DNA from: Parvularia atlantis
Lineage: Eukaryota
Assembly: GCA_943704415.1 (NCBI GenBank)
Contig: CALSCO010000043.1
Span: forward strand, 62,001-83,393
DNA length: 21,393 nt
Direction of reading: 5' to 3'
A model generated the notes under the pieces. It worked only from the letters and a program-made list of their open reading frames with translations. It did no database searches and was not told where the DNA came from. Of this stretch, positions 10,837 to 19,206 are shown piece by piece (position 1 is the stretch's first letter; each line of letters begins with the position of its first letter). The position numbers and the translations under genes are program-made.

Positions 10837-12354
10837 CTATGCGGGCGCAGCGGGCTCGGGCGGGTCGTCGTCGGTCCACGCCGGCAGCGAGGCGTTGCTG
10901 TTGGGGATGATGACTGGCGGCGTGCCCGGCGGCGGCAGCTTGTAGCGCATGAGGCTGAGCGCTATCCCGCCGCTGCTGACGTGCAGCATGCCGTCGGGCT
11001 TGAGGCCGATGAAGCGCGTGATGGCGCGGTTGCCCGTGAGCACGTACGCCGTCCACCCGTGGAACTGCTCGCGGAACGTGCGGCCCGTGACGATGTACAG
11101 GTCCTTGAGCGTGGGCTCGATGTCGTCGAAGATGAAGTTCTGAAGGCGGCGGTGCGGCATGACCTTCGTGGCCTTGGCCATGATACGGATGCCGTACGGC
11201 GGGTTGGTCACAATGACGCTGCGCGCCGCCGCGGTCAGCAGGGGTTCCCTGCCGGCAGACAGCGCGCGCGCGCGCGCCCTGTGCGCACCCCTTGTCGGAC
11301 GGCGTGGACGGGCGCGTGACGTCCTCGATCGAGCGCTTGCTGAAGCGGATGAGCGGGAGCAGCCCGAGCCGCCGCGCGCTGCCCTCGGCCAGGCGGAGCA
11401 CGGTGCCCTCGGCGTCGCCAGCAAAGATGCGCTCGCCGCCGCCCTTGGCGCGCTGCAGGCCCTCAAACTTGCGCTGGCGCGCCTCGTCGACCATCTGCCG
11501 CCACAGCGCCGCGTCGAACGTAGGCCAGGCCTGGAAGCCGAAGCGGTCGCGCATCAGGCTAGGCGCACAGTCGGCGAGGATCATCGCAGCCTCGAGCGCG
11601 ATCGTGCCCGTGCCACAGAACGGGTCGACGAGGACGGTGGGGCGGTCGGCGATGTACGACCACCACTTGGCCATGTCGAGCACGCCCGCCGCGACGTTCT
11701 CCTTAAGCGGCGCGAGGGCCAGCGACGACGACGGTGTCTCGCGGTAGTTGCGCAGGTGCAGGCTCTCGCCGCTCGCGTCGAGGCTGAGTGCGACGCGCGA
11801 GCCGCTGAAGAAGGCGTGCACGCGCACGGTCGGCCTGTAGCGGTCGATGTTGGAGCGCCGGTTATCGAAGCGGCGCCGCTGCTGGTCGACGATTGCGTCC
11901 TTGATCTGCAACAGGTGCGCACGTCAGGCCGCACGTCCGGCGAGCAGCAGCACAACGCGCGCCTTCTGCCCCGCGTACTGCCGGCTGTGGACGTGCTTCA
12001 TGCCCGCACCGACGACCTCGACCGCAAACGAGGAGGTGGGCGGGATGTAGTGCGTCCAATCGATCTCGCCCGTGCGCTGCGCCAGCGCGGTCGGCGTGTC
12101 GTACTCGATGTCGGCGACGTGCATCTGCCGCGCCGTCAGCAGCCGCACGGGCAGCAGCACGGCAGTCGCACCAGCACGCGGTACGGGATGCGCGCCCACA
12201 GACACAGCCGGTACATCGTCGCCACGTCGCCCGTGCCACCGATCGTCATCGGGCTCAGCCGCGCCGCGTCCACCAGGCCCAGCCGCCGCGCCTCGGCCGC
12301 CGCCGCGCCCTCCAGCCCCGGCGGCGTCGTCAGCAGCAGCCGAACGCGCTGCAT
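10837..12354 (-). CDS. rlmL: THUMP-domain RNA guanine-N2 methyltransferase, bacterial RlmL-like (N-terminal half of RlmKL only), 3 introns
   Basis: Motifs: LLLTTPPGLE..AAAEARRLG, MYRLCLWARIPYRVL, IDW..YI....SFAV, HSRQYAGQK-IKDAIVD, LSLDASGESLHLRNYR, APLKENVAAGVL, LVDPFCGTGTIALEAAMI, RFGFQAW..FD..LW and VIVTNPPYG. Introns (plus coordinates): 12125-12171, 11906-11962 (GC-AG), 11219-11288. Stop TAG at 10839-10837. An in-frame upstream ATG at 12384 is an alternative start. Confidence 0.9.
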
Positions 12355-12382
12355 ACGCCGCAGTTCGCAATCAAAGTGAAGC
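12355..12382. promoter_or_regulatory. Putative 28-nt bidirectional core promoter / overlapping 5' UTRs (rlmL-like <- -> Nudix)
   Basis: AT-richer spacer ACGCCGCAGTTCGCAATCAAAGTGAAGC between the two ATGs. Initiator-like GCAGTT on (+) and TTCACTTT on (-). Confidence 0.55.
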
Positions 12383-13523
12383 ATGACAGCCTCGCTGCTG
12401 CGTCACGTGACCGCGCTGGACAACCTGCGCGAGGCGGCGGTGGCGGCGCGGCTCGTCGTGGACGGCGCGGCGGTGGGCCGGCTGCGTGCGGACGTGCTCG
12501 TGGTGGTGCTGGCCGAGCACGTGGATGTGTTTGCGCGCGATGCGCAGGGCGACGTCGGCTTCGCGCCCGGCGTTGCGCCGACGTTCGAGGCGCGATCGCA
12601 GGCCGTGCACGGCGTCGTGACGCGCTGGCGCGCCGACGGGCGCTTCCCGGCGGCGTTGGGCGGCTGGCGCAACGAGGTGCGCGTCGATCGCTTGTGCGGC
12701 CCCGGCTCACGCGACCCGCAGCGCTGCCCCGTCCCAACGCGCGCGCTCGGCTCGCCCGTCCTGTTTGAGTGCGAGCGCAGCGCGATGGGCCTGTTTGGCC
12801 TGCCCGGCTTCGGCGTGCACCTGAACGCATTCGTCGGCCGCGGCCCGACGCTGCGCATGTGGGTCGGCCGGCGCAGCGCGCGCAAGCAGACGTACCCGGG
12901 CATGCTCGACCAGATGGCGCGCGCGCGTCGTGCCCGCGTGCTTGTCGTGCGTGCAGCTGCTGACGCGCCGCGCAGGTCGCCGGCGGCATCCCGACGGGCG
13001 TGGGCGTGCTCGAGAACCTCGTGCGCGAGTGCCAGGAGGAGGCCGGCGTCGCGCCACAGCTGGCCGGGCAGGCCGTGCCGGTGCGCGCGCACGCGGTGCT
13101 GCGCGGGGCTGATGGGCGGCGCGCAAGGTCGGCACGATCAACTACGTGCACGAGAACGACCGCGGCATCCACCCCGAGACGCAATACATCTACGGTGCGT
13201 CTTGCAGGCGCGCACGTGCTGCCAGCTGAACGCGTCATGCAGATCTCGAGCTGCCTGCAGTGCGTGCGCGGCACACACATGCTGGCGCGGTGCTGACGTG
13301 TGTGTGTGCGTGCGCGCAGGACTTTGTGCCCGTGCCGCAGGACGGCGAGGTGGACGAGTTTCTGCTGCTGAGCGTGCCCGAGCTGCGTGAGCGCCTGGCG
13401 CGCGAAGAGTTCAAGCCCAACTGCGCCGTCGTTGTCGTGCACTTCCTCGTGCGGCACGGCCTCGTCACGCCCGAGAGCGAGCCCGACTACGTCGACATCG
13501 TGCGGCACATGACGCGGCGCTGA
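12383..13523 (+). CDS. Nudix hydrolase, NUDT20 / YJR142W / Tnr3-like (DUF4743 + Nudix), 5 introns
   Basis: Motifs: GWRNE, FECERSAMGLFG..FGVHLNAFV, MWVGRRSARKQTYPGMLDQMVAGG, Nudix box GIPTGVGVLENLVRECQEEAGV, YIYDLELPADFVPVPQDGEV and FKPNCAVVVVHFLVRHG. Introns: 12677-12721, 12917-12975 (GC-AG), 13081-13127 (AAG acceptor), 13195-13242, 13260-13319. Confidence 0.95.
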
Positions 13524-13589
13524 TGCGTTGGTGGCGCGGCATAGCGACCATGCACAGAACTAAGAGGGAAAAAAAAAAGCGCGCAGCGC

Positions 13590-14494
13590 TCAGAACGACG
13601 TCGCAAACGCCTTCTCGAGGCCCTCGGTCATCGCCGCGCGCACCTGGTCGGCTGCGGCCGACGCGCCCTTGGTGCTGTCACTACGGTACTTTTCGTAGTT
13701 GAGCACGGCTGCGATGCGGGCGCGATCGTGAGTCGCGCCGCCACGACGCGGTCGCCGTGCACACGCGCCGTTGCGGTACGCCTTGGCAAAGGTCGGGATG
13801 GCGCTCTCGACGACCCACTGCATCCAGCTCGCGGGCGCCGTGCCCTGGAGGTCGTCGAAGCAGTGCACGTAAAACCGGGTGGCGGCGCCGCCGGGCGCGG
13901 CCTCGCGCAGGGCGACGTTCTGGAACGACTCGGTCACGCGCACGAAGCCCTTGCGCACGGGCACGGTCGCGTGGGGCTTGGACCGGAAGAGCACACCGAA
14001 GCAGCGACGCCCATCGGCGTCCGTGCTTGGGCGGTCCTCGCTCAGGCGCTCGAGGCAGTAGTCGCGGTCGCTGAGCGGGGCCGGGAAGTGCACGACCCAG
14101 TACCAGCCGTCGTCCAGCAGCGGCACCTGCTTGATATCTTTGATGAGCGTGTCCCACCTTGGCGCGTCGCCGCACGTCGCCGCACGTTCAGCAAGCAGCA
14201 GCAAGCAGTGCGCCACACGACAGACAAGACGCACTTGCGCCGGTACTCGACATCCATCAGCACGTCGAAGCACGTCCGCGTCGGCAGCGCCACCGTCCCC
14301 GTCGCCTTGTACTCGAACAGGCCCGGGCGCACCTCGCGCCGGAACAGCTGCGCGTCGACGTCTGCGTGCGCAGCTGAGCAGGCTTCGCGACGCGCAGCTC
14401 ACGCCGCACCGGCCACGCGGAAGGCCTGCCAGCCCGCGCCGCCCGTCTGCGGGTCGTCCAGGCGCGCGAAGAGCTCGTCGAACGTGCGCGCCAT
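13590..14494 (-). CDS. START-domain lipid transfer protein (PCTP/STARD2/STARD7-like), 3 introns
   Basis: Motifs: GLFEYKATG, DVLMDVEYRRKWD, YWVVHFPAPLSDRDY, HATVPVRKGFVRV and FDDLQGTAPASWMQWVVESAIPTF. Introns (plus coordinates): 14362-14409, 14158-14234 (AAG acceptor), 13709-13768 (probably GC-AG). Confidence 0.92.
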
Positions 14495-14505
14495 CGACGG
14501 AGGAA

Positions 14506-14516
14506 GAAAAAAAAAA
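14506..14516 (-). terminator. RNA polymerase III oligo-T terminator of the tRNA gene
   Basis: Run of about 10 T on the minus strand, starting 7 nt downstream of the tRNA discriminator base. Confidence 0.85.
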
Positions 14517-14523
14517 CAGTGTT

Positions 14524-14610
14524 TGGTCATGGCCAGGTTCGAACTGGCGTTATCGGCTGCCCGCGGAGCAAAATCAAAGGCCGATGTGATGACCACTACA
14601 CTACACGACC
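14524..14610 (-). tRNA. tRNA-Gln(TTG) with a 15-nt intron at the canonical 37/38 position (plus coordinates 14559-14573)
   Basis: Minus strand reads GGTCGTG TA GTGTAGTGGTCATCAC A TCGGC CT TTG A [TTTTGCTCCGCGGGC] A GCCGA TAAC GCCAG TTCGAAC CTGGC CATGACC A. The acceptor, anticodon and T stems pair, A- and B-box motifs are present, the mature length is 72 nt, and C32 can pair with the antepenultimate intron G (the A-I pair). Confidence 0.96.
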
Positions 14611-14665
14611 CTCCAGACGCTCGGCGCGGTAAACGCCCATGGATGGTGCATCGTCGTGCTCGGCA

Positions 14666-16804
14666 CTAACTCAGCGCGTCGTCGGCGTCGTCGGCGTCGG
14701 CGTCGGTGGCGTCGCCGAGCTGCAGCTGCCGATACGAGCCGCGGCCGGCGGGTGCGGCGAGCTTGGCGGTGTGCGCTGCGCGCGCGCTTGCTGGTAAGAC
14801 GAGGCGCGGCACACGCGCAGACCGGACGCCACCGTCCGGAATGATGAGCTCGATCGCGTCGTCCTCGACGTCGGCAAGACCAAGCGCGTCGTCCGAGCCG
14901 CCGTCGGTCGAGGCGACGGGCGTGCTGCGCGTGCTGCTGCTTCTGGCGCGCCACTTGAGCCACTGCGAGAAGAACAGCAGCACGTGCGTGACGAGCGCGA
15001 CGACGGCAAAGACGCGGAACGACACGCGCCCGCCGTACGCCGCGTAGACAAAGCCCTGTGTGCGTGCGTGGCGCATGTCAGCCAGCATGTCCGCGCACGC
15101 ACGCAGCAGGCAAGCATGCACGCCCACGAGCGCGCCGATGCCATTGCCCGCGCCCCTGTTTGCAGCATCGCGCGCGCGTCAGTCGCCGCAACATGTGCCA
15201 AACAAGCCGGCGCACCAGTGGATGCCCGAGAGCAGGCCCTGCATCGACGCCTCGAGCCCGCGCGGCGCGATCGACGCGGCGTAGTCGGTGCTGGCCGCCC
15301 ACGACGCGGCGTACGTGAGCCTGGCGGTCGCCTCTCGGGTCAAATCACGTTCGTTCTGTCGACGGCGAGAGAGTGCGCACCCGTGCAGCGCCTCGGCCGG
15401 CAAGACGAGCCACGGGTCGGACAGGTACGAGTACCAGACAAAGCGCAGGATGTACGTGAGCAGGCCGATGTGCAGCACGACATCGTTGCCAAAGCGCCGG
15501 ATGAGGTGCCCCGCGAAGAAGAATAACGGCACCTCGGTCACGCACATCACCGCCAGGCACAGGCCAAACAGCTCGGGCGGCGCGCTCAGCTCCTCGGCCA
15601 GGTACACAAACAGGAACGCGGTGATCTGCCTGCACGCCATGTGATGAGCGAGCCCGGCCGTCAGCGCGCAAAGCGGCACGCACCCCATGAGGATGCCCAT
15701 GAGCAGCATCACGGCGAAGAACGCGACGACCTCGGGCCGCGCAAACAGGTCGCGCATCGCGCGCAGCAGCGGCGGCTTGATGTCGCCTGCGCTCACGACG
15801 TCAGCGTGCGACGACGGCACGGGCCAGGGCGCGGCACGCACCGCTCCGCCGCTTGGCGAACGGCACGCGGTAGAACGGCACCAGCGACGCCAGCATCGCG
15901 AGCACCTGCATACCAAAGTACGCGCGCGTGTCGCCCGTCCACCCGACGACGAGCCCGACGAGCAGCGACGCGATGCCCCAGCTGACCGCGCCCCTGTGCC
16001 GTGACATGCGCGCGTCAGCACACACGAACATCGTATGTCACACGCACACCATAATCTACTCTTGCCGTAGTCGCCGCGCCGCCCGCGCAGCTGCTGCAGC
16101 GTCGAGACGTCCAGCAGCGGTCCGACGCCGGACCCGACGACGTCCGCGCACCTGCGAGAGGCGCACGCGCGTGTCACGACACCGTCGTGCAGGTGCACAG
16201 CGGCCCGCACAGCACGATCACGACCATCGCGCCGAACGAGGGCGCGACCGTGAGCATCGCGCGCACGAGCACGGCGACGACGGCGCAGCACAGCAGCACG
16301 ACGCGGTGCACACCGGCGTAGTCGGCCAGCGTCGTCCAGAGCGGCGCACCTGCGCGTCTTGCGCACGTCAACCGCGCTGATCCGGAGCGCAGAGCGGACG
16401 CACCGACCGCGCCCGCGAATGGCTGCAGCGCGCCAACGATGCCGATCTCCTGCGGCGACAGCCCTCGCCCCTGCACGCGCACGATCCGCATCAGATGCAG
16501 AGCACAATTGTGTGACACGCGCACCTGCAGGTACACGGTCAGGACGGGGCTGACGCACGCGAAGGTGAAGAACGCCATGAAGTACGCGATCTGCGACGTG
16601 GCGCGTCAGCGTCAGCCACGTGCGCACGTCGCCGCATCGGCGCCGGGCACGCACCTTGTGCGGGATCGTATCGGGGTTGACACGTTCGATGCACCCGCAC
16701 ACGCGCGCGTCCCGCACGTCGTCCGCCACGCCGCCCGCCTCGTCTGGCGCGTCGTCCGCCGTCTCATCAACAGGCGCACGTGGCCCGTCACGCTTCGCGG
16801 GCAT
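14666..16804 (-). CDS. Major facilitator superfamily transporter, MFSD6 / MFS_1_like, at least 10 introns
   Basis: Spliced motifs: K-IAYF..F..FACVSPVLTVYLQ-GRGLSPQEIG, APLWTTLAD, DYGKSRLWGAVSWG, AFLFVYLAEEL, LFGL..AVMCVTEVPLFFFAGHLI, LRFVWYSYLSDPWLVLPAEALHG-LTYAASWAA and ASMQGLLSGIHW-GAGNGIGALVG-GFVY. Acidic tail; stop TAG at 14668-14666. Confidence 0.93.
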
Positions 16805-16836
16805 TGCTCGGTGACACTTCGAAAGTCATCAGTCGA
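16805..16836. promoter_or_regulatory. Putative 32-nt bidirectional core promoter / overlapping 5' UTRs (MFS <- -> hexokinase)
   Basis: Spacer TGCTCGGTGACACTTCGAAAGTCATCAGTCGA between the two ATGs. Initiator-like CACTT and TCAGT on (+), TGACTTT on (-). Confidence 0.5.
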
Positions 16837-19009
16837 ATGTCGGACACGGCGGCGTCATCGGGCGCGTCGCGCCTCGCCGGCTGGGCGCAGCACGTCAACT
16901 GGCCGATGTGGAGCACGCTCGGGCTGCTATGGGCCGCCGGTGCGTGCTGCGATGCGTGGAGGTGTGCGCGCGCGGGCCCACGGCGCTGGCGCGCACAGGC
17001 TTCCTGCACGGCTACCTCTTCGCGTCAGCATCGTCTGAGCGACGCCGGCGCGGCTCACGCGCGATCGCGGCCGAGGCGAGGCGTGACGAGGGCGGCGTAG
17101 CATTGACCGTGCGCGACCAGCCGTCGGCACTGCAGCTTGTGCCGCGCAGCCAGCGCTGGATGGACGACCTTGAGGCTGCGTTCCACGTCTCGTCGACTCA
17201 TCTGTACGAGATCGTGTGCGTCCGCGCTTGCGCCCGCGCCCGCTGCAGCCGTGGCTGAGCATCGAGCGTGTGCGTGTGCGTACAGCCGCCACTTTGTCGC
17301 AGAGATGGAGCTCGGCCTGACCAAGACCGGCAGCAGCATGAAGATGATTCCGTCGTTCGTCGAGCGCCTTCCCACGGGCAACGAGCGCGGCAGCATGCTC
17401 GCCCTCGACCTCGGCGGCTCCAACTTCCGCGTCGTGCAGGTGTGCGCGTGACACAGTGCACGTCTCTGCTCACCACGAGACGCGTGCGTGCAGGTGATGA
17501 TGGACGGCAACGGCCAGACGCGCACGCAGCACAAGAAGTTTGTCGTGAGCGACGAGCTCAAAGTCGGCCACGTCGACGACGTGCGCGCCCGCTCCGCACC
17601 CGCTTGTCTGTGCGCGTCCCTTACCCGCCCGGGCGCGCAGCTGTTTGACTTCCTGGCCGACTGCATCAAGCAGTTTCTGCAGGAGAGCAACCTCGGCGTC
17701 GAGGCCGAGCACTTCCTCGGCTTCACGTTCTCGTTCCCCGTGCGGCAGCACTCGATCAACAGCGGCGAGCTGATAGAGTGGACCAAGGGTGCGCGTGCGC
17801 CCACGCACCCTCAAGCCCGCGCTGAATTCTCGCGCCGCAGGCTTCTCGATCCCGAGCGCGGTCAACCAGGACGTGTGCGGGCTGCTCGACCGCGCGATCA
17901 AGCGCAAGGTGCGCACGTGGTGCACGACACAGCGCGTAGGGTCTGACGCGCGGCGCACGAAGGGCATGAACGTCAAGGTCGCCGCGCTTGTCAACGACAC
18001 CGTCGGCACGCTCGTCGCCCACGCCTATCAGGACATCGAGACGGTCGCGGGTGTGATCCTCGGCACGGGCAGCAACGCCGCGTACGTGGAGAAGCTGAGC
18101 AACGTGCCCAAGTGGGACGCGCCGCCCAGTAAGAGCGGCCTGATGATCATCAACATGGAGTGGGGCAACTTTGACTACAGGCGCAAGGTGCTGCTGGGCG
18201 AGCGTGTCGCGCGTGCGGCTCATGGCTCACGGCGCCGCGCGCAGGTGCTGCCGATCACGCGCTACGACGTCGAGATCGACGAGCGCTCGCCGAACCCGGG
18301 AAAGCAGCTGTACGAGAAGCTCATCTCGGGCATGTACCTGGGCGAGATCTTGCGCGTCGTGCTCGTCGACCTCGCCAAGCGCGGGCACATCTTCCGCGGC
18401 GAGATGTCGAAGCAGCTCGAGACGCCGTACGGCATTGACACGGCGTTCCTGTCGCGCATCGAGCGGTGCGTGAACACGCTCGAGCACAACGCCCGCGACG
18501 TGGCTGACCGCTCGCACCAGCGACCACTCGCTTGACCTGCACGACACGCGCGCCGTGATCGAGGAGCTGCTCGGCATCAAGGAGCCCTCGAGCGAGGACT
18601 GCAAGGTCGTCAAGCGCGTGAGCGAGCTCGTTGGCATTCGCGCGGCGCGGCTGAGCGCGGCGGGCGTGGCAGGCGTGGTGCGCACTCCCTTTGCTGGTGT
18701 GCGTCGAGCCTCATGCCGACGCGCGCGCGCGCGTACCCGCAGGTGACCAAGACGAACCGCCTCGGCGGCTGCACGGTCGCGGTCGACGGCTCGGTGTTTG
18801 AGAAGTACCCGCACTTTGCGAACCGCATGAACGACGGTGCAACACTTTGCGCCAGCCCGCCTGGCCGCCTGCCTGACACGCCCGCCCGCCGCCGCGCAGC
18901 GCTCATCGAGATCTTTGGCGTGTCGGCCGACGCGATCCGCATGGTCCAAGCGCGCGACGGCTCGAGCGTCGGCGCCGGGCTCATTGCGATGCTCGCGAGC
19001 CAGTCGTGA
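16837..19009 (+). CDS. HXK: Hexokinase with an N-terminal hydrophobic anchor, 10 introns
   Basis: Motifs: [135 protein letters not shown] and [11 protein letters not shown]. Stop TGA at 19007-19009. Confidence 0.98.
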
Positions 19010-19059
19010 GCGTGTCGTCCTGTCCCGCCAGCAGAAACTCAAAGGGCGCTCGTGCGGAG

Positions 19060-19180
19060 CGTGCTGTCCAATCCGAAAAGAGCATTCTGAAATAACGCGT
19101 GCTCCGCGCGCCGATTGGTCCGCCCCTTCGAAGGCACGTGGCTTCCGCGGAAAACGCTCCCACGGTTGCATTCCTCTCGC
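19060..19180 (+). promoter_or_regulatory. Cluster of promoter-like elements upstream of the Cys-rich gene
   Basis: CCAAT (about 19068), inverted CCAAT as ATTGG (about 19114), GC box CCGCCC (about 19120), E/G-box CACGTG (19135-19140) and initiator-like GCATTC (about 19168), all in the 197-nt spacer. Confidence 0.45.
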
Positions 19181-19206
19181 TGTCTCTCGAGCACCCGGCT
19201 GACGCG

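Noticed and set aside
14524..14610. tRNA-Gln as a stop-codon suppressor (TTA/CTA anticodon)
   Set aside because: The anticodon reads TTG, and TAG is used as a true stop in two genes here.
1..14610. Functional RNA-processing cluster (INTS1, RNase Z, RlmL-like, tRNA)
   Set aside because: These genes are interspersed with unrelated ones on both strands. Without conserved synteny, chance is sufficient.
2337..19009. Frameshifted pseudogenes, programmed frameshifting or an alternative genetic code
   Set aside because: Every frame break and internal stop I examined is removed by a short intron with consistent splice signals. The genes end in TGA or TAG under the standard code.
9383..19206. Spliced-leader trans-splicing as the explanation for the tiny spacers
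   Set aside because: There is no consistent branch point plus AG acceptor upstream of the start codons (the START gene has none in its gap), and divergent pairs still need initiation there. It cannot be fully excluded without 5'-end data.
19010..19206. snRNA/snoRNA in the hexokinase / Cys-rich gene spacer
   Set aside because: No Sm site, C/D or H/ACA box arrangement, or convincing fold was seen. The content is better explained by promoter motifs.
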